The position numbers and the translations under genes were made by a program. A stretch of 64,000 nt of DNA from Squalus acanthias. Taxonomy: Eukaryota. Of the stretch, positions 1-13,829 are shown one piece after another. The notes beneath the pieces were generated by a model that searched no databases, was not told the origin of the DNA, and was given only the letters and a program-made list of their open reading frames with translations. The DNA lies in assembly GCA_030390025.1 (NCBI GenBank), contig CM059431.1:125428001-125492000 (forward strand), in the 5' to 3' direction. Numbering within the stretch: position 1 is the stretch's first letter; each line of letters starts with the position of its first letter.

Positions 1-1299
1 GTCCTGGTGGCGTTGCACGAGGGATCTGGGACCAATTTGTAATCCTGGTGCGGCGGTGCTGCTTCCCCGAGCATCTGTGTGTGAGGCTGTGAAGCTCGCA
101 ATGCATTGTCGACAGTGAGGCACACTGAAATTTAAAGGGACCATGCACATTGAAGCAAGACAAAATAAAATGCACTGATTCAATACATTTTTCAGCCCTT
201 TCTGTCTTTTTACAAATATTCAATATTTAAAAGAAGTTCCAAATGTGATTATTCATCTCTTAAAGCTGAATTACCTTCCTAAACTAAACAAATTGGAAGA
301 CTGCCTCAGCACTAACAAGAATGGCTCAGCAAGCCAGGGAAGAGGCACCCAGGGTCTCGCACGCAGCACTCCAGCTTTGTGCAGGGTGTCAACACTGCAA
401 GACTGGCCCTCTACCCACAGGGGCTGGGAGGCCCTCCAGAAAAAACAATGTGGGAGTACATCACCGAGGCCATCACTGCCAGCAGTGTCACCCCCACCAC
501 CTGGCTCCAATCCCCATAGAAGCTTCATGACCTCAGACCACTGGTCAAGGTTAGTGAATGCATCTTCAAAAGCTGTCACCTACCAACTACACCACGAGCC
601 TCACACACTGCTCAATGCAGGACGCCCAATCACTCACCTACCAACAATCTGCACCAATGACGAGACACATCTACCATTCATAGCATCACCTCACCCCCTT
701 GGAGGAAACGGTGCAGGCCATTCTTGGCAGGTGCATGGCTGAGCCCTTGGCCAACGGCAGGGCTGAAAGGATACAAGATGCGGGTATCCTTGTCGTTATC
801 TGGCATGTACCATAGTTTTCCTGCCTTCCCATCAGCACAACTCTACCCTTGTGCCTTCCTCATTTCACATACCCAAGAAATGCAGCCTGCCCAGCCAGTG
901 GGTCAACAAGAAGAGGTCACCTGCCCAGCCAGTGAGGCCGCAGGCGGATGATTCATTCCCGGATATCCCGGCCACGAAGGGGCTGTCTAGGATGCATCCT
1001 TCTGTTTGATTCCTCCTCTTCTGCGTCTTGCTCTTCTGCGTCTTCCTCTTCCCTCTGCAAGCAGATTCTGTAAATGTGAAATGACAGCATAAGATGCTGC
1101 AAATACTCAGTTGGTCAGGCAGCAAGTCAACCTGACACGTGAACTCCATGGAGGTAGCGTGACCTGCTGAGTATTCACAGCATGTTCTGTCTTCTCAAAG
1201 GCATTCACTTACCACCCAAGCCCTTGCAAGCATCCAGCAGCACTCCCAAAACACTTAGAAAAACTTTTCACAAATATTGCAGCAAGCCACCACTTCAAT

Positions 1300-1527
1300 A
1301 AAATCCAAAAAACCAAGTCCAAACCCTTCCACTCAAACTTACCTGATTGACGTGTGTGTCCCTTTAACAGCTGCAGCTATCATCTCTCAGCGTCTGTCAA
1401 CCTGCTTAGGACCCAGCGCTGAATTGAGCGCTAGGATCGAAGTTCGTGTAGGTGACGTTAAGTTGGCGTTGCACGCCGACTGTCGTTAACAAGCTGCCAT
1501 TTTTTTTTACAGCGCACTGCCGGTTAC
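1300..1527 (+). repeat. Left copy of ~220-bp direct repeat flanking the RTE (long target-site duplication)
   Basis: AAAATCCAAAAAACCAAGTCC...CTGCCGGTTAC recurs at 4780-4996, immediately after the RTE tail. Confidence 0.85.
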
Positions 1528-4500
1528 CACCCTTCAAAATAAAGTTCGGGACTTGGAACGTCAGGACCCTCATGGACAACCCCAACAGGGACAGACCGGA
1601 ACGCCATACTGCTATTGTTGCCCTGGATCTCAGACGTTTTGACATAGACATCGCCGCCCTAAGTGAGACCCGGCGGGCAGGGAAGTCCAGCTCAAGGTGC
1701 AAGGCAATGGTTACACCTTCTTCTGGAAAGGCAAGCCTGAAAAAGAACGCCTCCTCCATGGGGTAGGCTTCGCCTTAAAAAATGAGCTAGTTGGACATTG
1801 CAGAGATTCCCCGTGCGGAATAAACAAACGCCTCATGACTCTTCAGCTCACCCTAGCCCGGAACCAGTGCGCTACGGTCATCAGTGCGTACGCCCCAACA
1901 CTGGAAGCTACAGACGAGACCAAAGAGGGATTCTACTCCAACCTCGAACAATCCCTGTCCCGAGTCCCAACGGGCGATAAGCTGATCCTCCTTGGCGACT
2001 TTAATGCCAGAGTTGGAAAGGACACAGACCTCTGGGGAGGTGTGATCGGCAGAGAGGGGGTAGGGAAAGCCAACTCCAACGGTACCCTCCTCCTGACGAA
2101 ATGCTTAGAACATTACCTTGTCATAACCAACACCTTGTTTCGTCAGAGAGACAAGTACAAGGCTTCATGGCAACACCCTTGCTCCAAGGACTGGCATCTG
2201 CTGGACTACGTCATTGTCCGAGCGAGGGACTGCAAGGACGTCCGCATCACCCGCACCATGACAGGAGCTGACGACTGCTGGACAGACCACCGCCTAATCC
2301 ACTCTGTCATCTCCATCAATGTAGCCCCAAAACAGCGGCGGCAACAGAAACAATGCCGCAGGAAAATCAACACAGGAGGACTCAAAGACCCTGCTAAGAA
2401 AGCCCTATTCAGCCTGCACCTCACAAACAACCTGACGACTCCCAGTGATGCAGAGACACAGAGTGTCCACAGCGCCTGGTCTGCACTCAAGGTCTCCATA
2501 ATCAGCACCTGTGAAGAGACGCTCGGTCACTCGACCAGGAAACACCAAGACTGGTTCGATGAGAACAACCAGGAGATCCAGGAGCTAATAGGCCGCAAGT
2601 GCAAGGCATTCCTGATCTAGAAACAGCAACAGAACTCGAGAGCAAGAAAGCAGCTCTACAGACGCCTGAAGGCCGAGGTCCAACAAAAAACTCGCGACCT
2701 AAAGAACAGATGGCGGGTGCAGAAAGCGCAGGAGATCCAGCAGCTAGCCGACAACCACGACGTGCGTGGATTCTTTAGCACAGTCAAGACTACCTACGGC
2801 CCAAGCACCCAAGGTCCTACCCCACTGCGGGCCAAGAACGGAGAGGTACTCATCAAGGACAGAGCGGCAGTCAGTGCCCGCTGGAAGGAGCACTTTGAAG
2901 ATCTCCTTAACCGAGACTCTGTCTTCGACGCGATTGTCCGCAACTCCATCCTGCAGCATGCTACCCACCACCATCTCAGCACAACCCCAGCCCGGCATGA
3001 GCTTGAAAAGGCCATCCGACAACTGAAGAACAACAAGGCCTCAGGAGCAGATGGAATCCCTGCCGAGGCACTAAAGCATGGCGGAGAAGCACTATTGGTG
3101 CGAATACATGAACTCATTTCTCTTATTTGGAAGGAGGAGAGCATGCAGGGGTTCTCAGAGATGCCGTAATCGTGACCATCTTCAAGAAAGGTGACAAGTC
3201 CAATTGCGGTAATTACAGAGGAGTTTCCCTGCTGTCTGCCACAGGGAAAGTCATCACAAGAATCCTCCTCAATTGCCTTCTCCCAGTGGCTGAAGAGCTC
3301 CTCCCAGAGTCGCAATGCGGATTCCGCTCACTAAGGGGCACAATGGACATGATCTTCACCGCGTGTCAAATACAAGAGAAATGCAGGGAACAGCACCAAC
3401 CGCTGTACATAGCCTTCTTTGACCTCACAACGGCCTTCAACACTGTCAACCGTGAGGGATTATGGAGTGTTCTCCTCAAATTCGGCTGCCCTCAAAAGTT
3501 TGTCACCATCCTCCGCCTGCTTCACGATGACATGCGAGCTGTGATCCTGAACAACGGATCCACCACAGACCCAATTCACGTACGGACGAAGGTCAAGCAA
3601 GGCTGTGTCATCGCAGCAACACTCTTCTCAATCTTCCTTGCTGCAATGCTCCATCTCACCCTCAGTAAGCTCCCCGCTAGAGTGGAGCTAATTTACAGAA
3701 CAAACAGGAAACTGTTCAACCTCCATCGCCTCCAGTCCAGATCCAAGGTTGTCCCATCCTCTGTCGTCAAATTACAGTACACAGACGATGCTTGTGTCTG
3801 CGCACACTCGGATGTCGAACTAAAAAAACCATCATCAACACCTTCACCGAAGCGTACAAGAGAATGGGCCTTACACTAAACATTCTTAAGACAAAGGTCC
3901 TCTACCAAACTGCCCCCACCACACAGAACTGCCCCCCGATTATCAAAATCCGCGACGAAGCCTTGGACGACGAAGCCTTGGACAACCTCGGGAGCCTACT
4001 GTCAACAAGGGAAGACGTTGATGATGAAGTCCAACACCGCCTTCAGTGTGCCAGTGCAGCCTTCGGTCGCCTGAGGAAGAGAGTGTTTGAAGACCATGAC
4101 CTCAAACCCAGCACCAAGCTCATGGTCTACAGAGTAGCAGTGATACCCGCCCTCCTGTATGCTTCAGAGACATGGACCATGTACAGCAGGCACCTCAAAG
4201 CACTGGAGGGGTACCACCAACGCTGCCTTCGCAAGATCCTGCAAATCCATTGGCAGGATAGGCGCACCAACGTCAGTGTTCTCGCTCAGGCCAACATTCC
4301 CAGCATCGAAGCTTTGACCACGCTCGATCAGCTCCGATGGACGGGCCACATCGTCCGCATGCCCGATACGAGACTCCCAAAACAAGCGCTCTACTCGGAG
4401 CTCCGACACGGCAACAGAGCCCCAGGTGGGCAGAGGAAACACTTTTAGGACACCCTCAAAGCCTCCTTGAAAAAGTGCAACATCCCCTCCGACACCTGGG

Positions 4501-4779
4501 AATCCCTGGCCCAAGACCGCTCAAAGTGGAGGAGAAGCATCCGGGAAGGTGCCAAACACCGCAAGTCTCTTCACCGGGAGCAAGCGGAAGCCAAGCGCAG
4601 GCAGCAGAAGGAGCGCATGTCAACCCAAGCACCCCACCCACCCGCCCCTTCAACCATCGTCTGCCCCACCTGTGACAGATACTGTAGGTCCCGCATTGGA
4701 CTCATCAGTCACCTGAGAACTCATTTTTAGTGTGGAAGCAAGTCATCCTCGGTTCCGAGGGGCTGCCTAAGAAGAGAAG
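1528..4779 (+). mobile_element. RTE-clade LINE, near full-length ORF (APE endonuclease + RT + C-terminal C2H2) broken by several frameshifts and stops
   Basis: Endonuclease motifs GTWNVRTL, ALSETR, SAYAPT, LLGDFNARVG, LLDYVIV, TDHRL. RT motifs NYRGVSLL, ESQCGFR, KVKQGC, LQYTDD. C-terminal CPTCDRYCRSRIGLISHLRTH. Short AAG-type 3' tail. Confidence 0.92.
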
Positions 4780-4996
4780 AAAATCCAAAAAACCAAGTCC
4801 AAACCCTTCCATTCAAACTTACCTGATTGACGCTTTAGCAGCTGCAGCTATCACCTGTCAGCGTCTGTCAGCCTGCTTAGGACCCAGCGCTGAATTGAGC
4901 GCTAGGGTCGAAGTTCGTGTAGGTGATGTTAAGTTGGCGTTGCATGCCGACTGTTGTCAACACGGCGCCTTTTTTTTACAGCGCGCTGCCGGTTAC
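4780..4996 (+). repeat. Right copy of ~220-bp direct repeat flanking the RTE
   Basis: Matches 1300-1527 with scattered substitutions and one ~9-nt indel. Confidence 0.85.
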
Positions 4997-5131
4997 TGGC
5001 AGTGCAAAGGGGCCCATGAGTATGGTGGCCGCCGTGGGGACCGCCTCCAGCTGGTGCAAGAGTGGCAGCCACCATTTTTTCAAGAATCGCTGGTGCTAAC
5101 AGGTGGTGGTAAGTATATGAATTTCTCGCCC

Positions 5132-5625
5132 TCTCTTTTTGGAGATGGTACGTGTGTGGCGTGAATGTTACTTACCACTTATCAGCCCAAACCTGAATGT
5201 TGTCCAGGTCTTGCTGCATACGGGCATGGACTGCTTCATTATCGGAGGAGTTGCAAATGGAACTGGACACTGTGCAGTCATCAGCGAACAGCCCTACTTC
5301 TGACCTTATGTTGGAGGGAAGATCATTATGAAGCAGCTGAAGATGGTGGGGCCTAGGATACTACCCTGAGGATCTCCTGCAGTGATGTTCTGGGGCTGTG
5401 ATGATTGGCCGCCAACAAGCAGAAACATCTTCCTTTTTGCTAGTTATGACTCCAGCCAGTGGAGAGTTTACCCCCTGATTCCCATTGACTTCAATTTTAC
5501 TAGCATTCTTTGATAACATACTCAGCCAAATGCTACCTTGATATCAAGGGCAGTCACTTCACCTCTGGAATTCAGCTCTTTTGTCCATGTTTGGACGAAG
5601 GCTGTAATGAGGTCTGGAGCCCAGT
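5132..5625 (-). mobile_element. Degraded CR1/L2-group LINE RT fragment
   Basis: Minus strand reads NDLPSNIRSEVGLFADDCTV. The same family occurs on + at 43330-43915. Confidence 0.7.
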
Positions 5626-5883
5626 GGCTGCTGTGCGTGCGTTCAGCTGCCAAGGCTCTAAGCTCTGGAATTCCTCCCTAAACCTCTCTGCCTCGGTACT
5701 TCTCTTTCCTCCTTTAAGACACCCTTTAAAAACTACCACTTTGACCAAGCTTTTGGTCATCTGTCCTAATATCTCCTTATGTGGTTCTGTGCCAAATTTT
5801 GTTTGATAACACTCCTGTGAAGCACCTTGCGATGCTCTACAACGTTAAAGGGGCTATATAAATACAAGTTGTGTTATTGTTGT
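5626..5883 (+). mobile_element. L2-type LINE/SINE 3' tail fragment
   Basis: TTCAGCTGCC...CTCTGGAATTC...GCTATATAAATACAAGTTG(TTG) tail. Paralog at 37537-37911. Confidence 0.6.
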
Positions 5884-6257
5884 TTTCTCTCATGAAGAAG
5901 GCAACCATAGCAAGTTTTCAGTGTGTATAGAGATTAGAGGGTCTCTTGTGGAATTACACATAGTAAGGCACATTATACTCTATTTTATAATTACGGGAGT
6001 GATATAATATGTGATACACAATGCATTATACAGCTGCATTTTGTATCTATGTCCATTTAAGGCCACAAAGTCTAATGATGGTATTTTCTACTTCTTCCTT
6101 CTTTTAAAAATGTTTTTGATGTGTTACACAGAAAGTAGATTTGCTAACAGACAGGCATGTGACAGACAAAACAAATGTACAACAGATCAGCCAATGCTGT
6201 GTATGGGTTTGCCACAATCTCTTTGCTTTTGTATGCTATAGCCTGGTTATAAAACCT

Positions 6258-7409
6258 GGGGCTAAAAATTCGGGGGTTCAGCACCACCCGTTCCTGCACG
6301 CGCTGAAATTATTGTAATGAGTCGGAGTGTGATGTCAATCGGCGTGCAACGCCAAGTTGACGCTCGCTCATCCATTTTGGATTTTGCGGCTCCTATTGCC
6401 ACCCTCGTTAAAAGCACGCCCGTGACTGCAGCCGCTAAAGGCGCTTCAGCAGCATTAACGGCCTTGAGGAGTCTGGCAGGACTCGGCACATTGTATATTA
6501 GGATGGAGGCTGGCACGTGGAAAACACCTCAGATGGATGCCGGAACTTCAAACGCCTCCTTTGTCAAGGTTCTTTTTTTACACTTTCATTTTCTGCCCAT
6601 CAGTGGGGGTTGTTGCGGGGGTTGCATTTTCTGGTGGTTTTCCAGGAGGACTGCAGTGTTTGTGGGCCAGTAAATCAATGGGTGAAACCTTGTGGAACAA
6701 GCTTTTAGTTCGGAACTGAACGCCTGCACAAAGCTGCAAATCCCTCGGCGGATTCCCAGCAAATAAAAAAAATGAATTCCTAAAGAGCAGCAGATTGGCT
6801 AGAACTCCATTGCAACGTTTGAAGAGCATCTCTGATAAGATCTCTTTATGATAGCATCACTAGAACGTCACCCCTTAGCAAATCTGGACTCAACTGCTTG
6901 AGATTTTAAGGAATTATAATTAATTTATTCAACATTCCACAACCAATTGTTTATTAAATAATTATTTTGTGTCGAGTATTCAAGACCCACTAAAAGCTGA
7001 CATGGTTACTACATATTTAAACACTTTCAAGAGTAACCATTGGAGAAAGATTAGTGTTACAGAGAATGCAGATGCATTCATTTCATGAACGATTAAAATA
7101 TCAACAAACGTCAGGTGGCAGGTAATATTTTTGTACCAAGTACGGCAACTGTTCCATACATGGCCTACAGGTTTGCTCATTTCTTCCCTGTTCCCCTTCA
7201 GTGCAAGCAGGAGACAGACGCAACCTTCGGTCTCCTGCTGAGCTTAGCGCTGGAAAGAGCGCATTCCACCACAAAATCAATGCTCCGCTGATGTTAATTA
7301 ACAGGCAGCACCAAAATACTGGTGTTGCCTGCGCTCTCTCGCCGGGCGCCACTAGCCTTGGCCGGCGCTGTTACCGGCATGTTTCCAGCATCCTTGAATT
7401 TTTAGCCCC
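6258..7409. mobile_element. Non-autonomous Harbinger-like element (MITE-like, ~1.15 kb)
   Basis: 14-bp TIRs GGGGCTAAAAATTC / GAATTTTTAGCCCC. No recognisable coding capacity. Confidence 0.7.
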
Positions 7410-8758
7410 TAGTATCCCATTGCTAATTTGTACAGCTTTATTAACTTACCTTCTCAATTTTAATGATTTTTCTGTCTGAACTCTTAAGACTCTTTGCTAC
7501 TCACCTATTTCTAGGGGGTTATTTTGGCCAAAGGGTGAAAATAGACGCTAAATGGGTGCAGTGCTAATAAGACACACCTGTTTGAAAGTTTGGATTTAAC
7601 ACGCAATTTGGTCCCAGTTGCTGATTGCCATTATTTTAACTTGCCTGGAGGTGCTAAACCAGAAACGTGCAGATATATCACTCAAGTGCTGATTGGACGC
7701 AATTTCCGTGGAACAATATGGCCGGAATTTTCCCGCTGCCTTGTGTGCGGGTTTGGAGGCGGGTCAGCAGTAAAATTTGCAGAAGATGGAAGCGGGTCAG
7801 GAATGCACCGTCACCCCATCTCCTCGTGCCTTTATCTCGGGCAAGTTTGCCAGAGCATCACAGACCCGAACGGCAGAGGCGGGTGACCTAGTTAATCTCA
7901 TTAACTCTTTGTTGTGAGACCCTTAACAGAGAATTCAACCAGACCTTTTGAATTTCACTGGATGATCACGGGAATCACGCAACTCAGGAACCATGTCTGT
8001 CAACCTGAGGCGGAAGCTCAGTGGCCATTGTGCGAGGTCATTAATGCAGAGCATGGAAATCCCAATAAATACAGCTACATGATACCTCATTACTTGCTTA
8101 TGGGAAAGGCTCTTGCTACTCCATTTTGTGCACAAGTCTTTTCTGCAAACCACTCTCACCACATTGCTAGTAACTATCGCAACATTGACAGATTGCTCCT
8201 CTGATCTCTACTTGACCTACCATCTATTACATCAGCATTGGTGCCGTTTATACTGTCTCACCTTGATCCTCAGAATCGGACCAGGATAAGCCCCACCAGC
8301 AGCAGCAGGCTCACCAGCAGCAGCAGCAACAACACCAACAATCTTCTCCTCAATGACTTGATGCTGCACAGCACAGAGGGCATCAGCGCAGGGCTGCACC
8401 CGCCAGAGGCAATACCCCCAACACAGGGTATATAGGCAGAGGATGAGCAAGACCTTTTCCACAGATGAAGCTAGTGTTACTGAGCGGGCGCTCAGTTTTG
8501 CCACTCTGACTGGCTCCCCACGGGTGCAGGGAATCATTGACTGCGCACATGTGGCCATCAGGGCACCCCCAACACCACCTGGTCTGCAACCATAGGAAGA
8601 TCATGATGCATGTGTGCATCAAATTCCCTGGCGTGACTCTTTCGTCCTGCGCCAGTCCACCCTCCCACAGCTCTTAGGACCGCCAAACAGGCATATCGGC
8701 TGGCTGCTTGGATACAAGGGCTATCCACTGAAGATTTGACTTATGACACCCTTGAGGA

Positions 8759-10196
8759 TGTAAGGGATGACCTGCGGCTCTGTGCTTAGCCTGGGTGCTA
8801 GGGCGGGGTTAGGCCTTGTTGCCTGTTCTGGTCTCCAGCCAGCCTGATAACACTAGTCACCTGTGAGTGGTTCGACCCACTCGCCCTTATGGTTCTGACA
8901 CTGGACTTAGGTGCGAGAGCAATAATGCAGAGAAAGACTCAGGTAGACCCGGTTGAATAGTGCGAAATGGAAAATCTTTATTGCATATTATTCAAGATTA
9001 TGAGATACATGTCATAAGCATAGATTAATGACAGTACAATCTTACACACAGTTATGAAACTAATTTTAGGGAAACGAGGAGCGCATGACACATCGTAAAA
9101 GGGGACACACATTATAATTATCCTTAAAACTTAAACCCTCCCCTATCAATACCTGTCCTAATCTAGATTTGTAGGATCGAGACTCATGCTCACCACTCGT
9201 GATAACTCGGAGAATTCCGAAACTCTGCTCGGATGGTTTTACCGCAGCACCTGACTATCCACGTGTTGATCAGGGGTCTCTGTACCCCACTTGTTTACTC
9301 GTTTCTGCTCCGGCTAGCAGGCTGGACCGTCTGCTGTCATGAAGATCTGTGTTGCCCTCGGAGTTCGGACACCACTCGAAAAAGAGTCTTCCTGTGCCCT
9401 ACACCAGTTGCCTGTAGAACTCAAAGAAGGGTCTTCCTAGGCCAGTTGTGGAGTAGCCGATAAAATTCAAAGCCACGAGGTTGATCCTAGCGGATCAGAG
9501 TCCAGAGCCGTCAGGCAAGAGAATAAAAGTTCAGCAGCCTTCCAGCGAGTCAAAGCAGCAAGAGAAAGATGGACGGTTGTACCTTACAGTTATAGTGCTG
9601 TAATTCCTCTTTTCCCACCCAATCTTAATGTCTATCTTTTGTCAGGGTTTTGGCGCTCAAACTTCTTGTATGGGGTGATCTCAGTCTTTAATGGGTTTCG
9701 GTGACACTTATAACTGTCTGAGTACCCATTAATATTTCTCCCATTGTGGAACCGGCTAGTAGTCTCCTTGGAGGGGTTTTGGGGCTTCCAAATGCTTGCT
9801 GTAAGTACCTGCAAACGGCTCTCTCATCGTAGAGCCGTGGTGATTTTGCATATTAATGTCTTTGGATGGGTCCTTGATCGCTCAGTACAATAGCCCTTGT
9901 TTGCACCTGGGAGACCGATTCCAGTATTTATGTTTAAAATGCAAACCCATCATGTCTTGGCAATTATCTCAAATGTGCTGAGTCCTGTTCGATCTTGCTG
10001 AAATGTTTATTGGAACGCCATCTTGTCTGCCCACTGAAAGTCTAGAACTTTCTGCCACGAGGCGTGGCGGCCATTTTACAGGCTGTTTGTGTCCGTTTTG
10101 AAACCTGACAGCATTCTGCTGAAATAAAGCTGTTTGTACGAAACTTTATGTCTCCTTCTTATTTTATAAAATCGCGATAATTTTGCGAATTCTACA
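8759..10196 (-). mobile_element. Solo LTR of the loki-like retrovirus family (divergent variant)
   Basis: Termini TGTAGAATTCGC...ATCCCTTACA (minus strand) as in the provirus LTRs. 4-bp TSD AGGA at 8755-8758 and 10197-10200. Splits the H1 transposase. Confidence 0.92.
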
Positions 10197-11020
10197 AGGA
10201 GGCTAAGCAATGAGGCTGAGGAGCACCACATATCCACCAGATGTGTCAAAGAGCAAACAATAGGCATGCTGAAGATGCGTTTCAGATGCCTTGACAGATT
10301 TGAAGGAGCCCTTCAATACGCACCAGCCAGGGTCTCCAAAATCGTCGTCATTTGCTGCGCGCTGCACAACATAGCGCAGCAATGAGGATTACAGGTGCAC
10401 GAGGAGCAAGGTGCAGAGCGCTTAGCCTCTTTAGAGTAGGAGAAGGAGGAGGAGCAACAACTAGAAGAGGAGGAGGAGGAGCAGGAGGAACCTGAGGTCC
10501 ACATGCCAGCAGCACCGGAGCACATTGCTGCCCGGGATGCCAAGGATGGCCTCTTCATGGCCAGATTCAGTTAACTTCCTGCATTGCACCTATATGGCTG
10601 CCACATGCTGTGCCAAGATTCCCCCCGCCTCCCGCCAACAACACCATAAAGCATTCCTACAGTAACCAAGCCATTCCTCTCGCACTGACCCCCATTGCTG
10701 GAGGTAACGTTATGTCTCACCACTCACTCCAACTCACTAAGCCACTTCCAAAGTAGCAGACAATAATGGGCATGACCGGAAAGGGTGAAAATAAATACTT
10801 TTATATGTGTCAAAACAATAACGGAAGCTTAACAATAACACTTCTTTAAACACCCATGTGCATACCCTTGTGCATCTAATTCTGTGTCATTTTTCTTTTT
10901 CGCATGCTTCTATGAGGTGCAACCCCTGTGGATTCAGCAGAGGTAGAAGGAGGCTGCTTATTTACCTGCTGCGACTGTGTAGACACTTTTGGAGACGTCC
11001 TCTGGGCTTTAGAACCTCTG

Positions 11021-11851
11021 ATGCAGTATAATGTGGATAAATGCGAGGTTATCCACTTTGGTGGCAAAAACAGGAAGGCAGATTATTATCTGAACGGCAA
11101 TAGATTGGGAAAAGGGGAAGTGCAACGAGATCTGGGAGTCCTTGTGCACCAGTCGCTGAAGGTAAGCATGTAGGTGCAGCAGGCGGTTAAGAAGGCAAAT
11201 GGTATGTTGGCCTTCATAGCGCGAGGATTCGAGTACAGGAGCAAGGATGTCTTGCTGCAGTTGTACAAGGCTTTGGTGAGACCACACCTTGAGTATTGTG
11301 TGCAGTTTTGGTCGCCTTATCTGAGGAAGGATGTTACTGCCATGGAGGGAGTGCAGCGAAGATTTACCAGACTGATACCTGGGATGGCAGGAATGACGTA
11401 TGAAGAGAGATTGGGTCGATTAGGCTTATATTCGCTAGAGTTTCGAAGAATGAGAGGGGATCTCATTGAAACTTATAAAATTCTAACAGGACTAGACAAA
11501 CTAGATGCAGGAAGGATGTTCCCGATGGCGGGGGAGTCCAGAACCAGAGGTCACAGTCTAAGAATAAGGGGTAAGCCATTTAGGACTGAGATGAGGAGGA
11601 ATTTCTTCACCCTGAGAGTGGTGAACCTGTGGAATTCTCGACCACAGAAGGCAGTTGAGGTCAATTCATTAAATATATTCAAGAAGGAGATAGATATATT
11701 TCTTAAGGCTAAAGGGATCAAGGGATATGGGGAGAAAGCAGGGACAGGGTACTGAATTTGGATGATCAGCCATGATCTCATTAAATGGCGGAGCAGGCTC
11801 GAGGGGCCGAATGGCCTACTCCTGCTCCTATCTTCTATGTCTATGTCTATG
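11021..11851 (+). mobile_element. 5'-truncated CR1 (HER1-like) LINE
   Basis: KCEVIHFG, LVRPHLEYCVQFWSPY, RRMRGDLIETYKI, RVVNLWNS. 3' UTR ends in (CTATGT)n. Confidence 0.92.
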
Positions 11852-13829
11852 GCCCCTGCGAATGTGCAGCAGCAGACTAGGCCATCGGGATCCGAGGAGG
11901 CATCTGGGGCTCTGACTGCGGGTGGGGCAATGGTGGAGAAGTGTGAGTGCTTTGAGAGTAGCCCCCACTTCCATGTCCCCTGTCACCATCATCCCTCTCA
12001 TGGGCCACCGGCATTTCCCTGCTAGCAAGGTGCTGGAGAGCACCGCACAGCAGTGGGGCCATGAAAATCCAAGTCTACATTGACATCCCTCCTAGAGAGG
12101 AGGTCTATGGGCCTCTGCCATCTGTTGTCCACAGATAGCATGTGCTCATGTGAGTGATGCATTAGCTGCTCCATGCAAGTAGCCATCCATTCCATGGAAG
12201 AGCACACTGTCGCCATCGTCTGTGACATGGTGGTGCTCATGTTGGAGATGCACTCCTACATTCTCTGCACATTTGCAGACATCGCGGCTGCAAAACCTGC
12301 CAAAGCCTCCTGCATTTCTTGCTGCACCTCCAGGATCACCCCCTTTTTGGATGGCCCCCGAGGCTCAGCATCTGCATGCAGCTGAGCAGAGCTGGGAGCG
12401 TCCTGCGCCCTCCGGCGAGGAGTCTCCACTGCTGTCCCTGTCTCCACCATCTGCTCTTGCTCACTTGTGACTTGTGACACACCAGGTGACAACACTACTC
12501 TAGCTCGCATAGGACTCACTGAGGTGTGCGTATCTGCGCTGGTGCTGGGAACGCTTGGGTCTGCTGATGGTGCACCTCAGCGGCTGGAGGCTCCTTTGAG
12601 GATTCGTCTTCCTCCTCCGGCTGGACAATGGGGGGCGGTGCGGGGGGGAAGGCGTGGTGCTCTTGATGGACCTGTGGGAGAGTAAAGAGATGATTTTGAA
12701 CTCTTATATTAAGAATGGGTAATGATACTATTATGCACATGATGAAAATTCACTGACTGCTGACATCAGTCACCATATGAGTGACTGCTGTATGCCATTT
12801 GGCTGTATGAGATTTAATTCTGTCACCAGGTTGCTGAGAGGTCCCCTTCTCTCTGTCTCTGCAGCTCTTCAGACCTTCAGGGTCTGAAGGATGGAGGGCC
12901 ACCTCTGTTTCTCTCCCTCTCCCTGTTGTTCTGCGCTCTCTTCTCCTGCAAGGAGGGAAAGAAGAGAAGTTTGAGAGAGTGATGGCATGAGTGTAAGGAT
13001 TGTATGTGTTACATCTGTAGAGGGTGACTGTGAGGGAGTGGGGTGCCAATGCCAAATGGCCTCCTTCTGTGGTGTTAGTTGGTTTGATTGCATTAGAATG
13101 AGGGTCAGTGTGAGGGTTGCTTAGTCAGATAGGGATGTGAGTATGTACATAGAGAGAGAGGGATGGGTGGACGTGCAAGGTATGTTGGTGTGAGTAAGGA
13201 TGTGTAGGAGTAGGCTTGGGAAAGCAGAGTGATGGGGATGTGGTGACAGGTACATCAGGAGGAAGGTGAGTGTGGCTTTGCATAATGAGATCATTGAAGC
13301 ACTTCCGGCACTGCACTCAAGTCCGCCTCACCACATCCCTGCTGTTGACCTCCTCAGCTATTTGGAGCAAGGCTCTTTTTGTCTCCTGGGGAGGTTTCTT
13401 CCTCCCATTCGCAGGGCAGAGGACCTCCCTGCGTGCTCTGACTCCCTCCACGAGAATATGTAGGGAGTCATTGGAAAACCTGGGTGCCGCCCTCTGTCTT
13501 TGGGAAGTCATGTTTACAAGTCTCAGCAATAACAAGATCCTCCAGTATACTCCCTCCACTCTCCTCGATGAACCTTCAAATGTGATGCGGCCAAGGCTGC
13601 TTTAAATATCCCCACTGGAAATGAGTCATCGATGACATCATCAGACCTGCACCATTTAATAGGGCCGGGAAACATGCATGTCTGCCTTAATAGACTCTAT
13701 TAACTGAAAGTTGCTCTAGGGAGCTGGCTCATCAATATAACGCAGTACCCACCCATCACGTGGCCCGCATGCACCAGACCCGACTCGGTAAGGAAAATTC
13801 TGGCCTATATGTGGGCTCCTCACTCCCAC

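Larger units (their letters stand above)
1..5131. mobile_element. Decayed non-autonomous PIF/Harbinger-like DNA transposon (left end outside window), interrupted by an RTE LINE
   Basis: Right-end TIR-like GAATTTCTCGCCC at 5119-5131. Myb/SANT-like remnant MAQQAREEAPRVS at 321. Region ~200-1350 is clearly homologous to ~49790-51400. Confidence 0.6.
7720..13805 (+). mobile_element. PIF/Harbinger transposon H1 (decayed), nested in H0, containing a solo LTR and a CR1
   Basis: TIRs GGCCGGAATTTTCC / GGAAAATTCTGGCC, 3-bp TSD TAT. HARBI1-like remnants on + (8238-8758, 10201-10573). Myb-like MTSQRQRAAPRFSNDSL on - near 13510. Confidence 0.88.
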
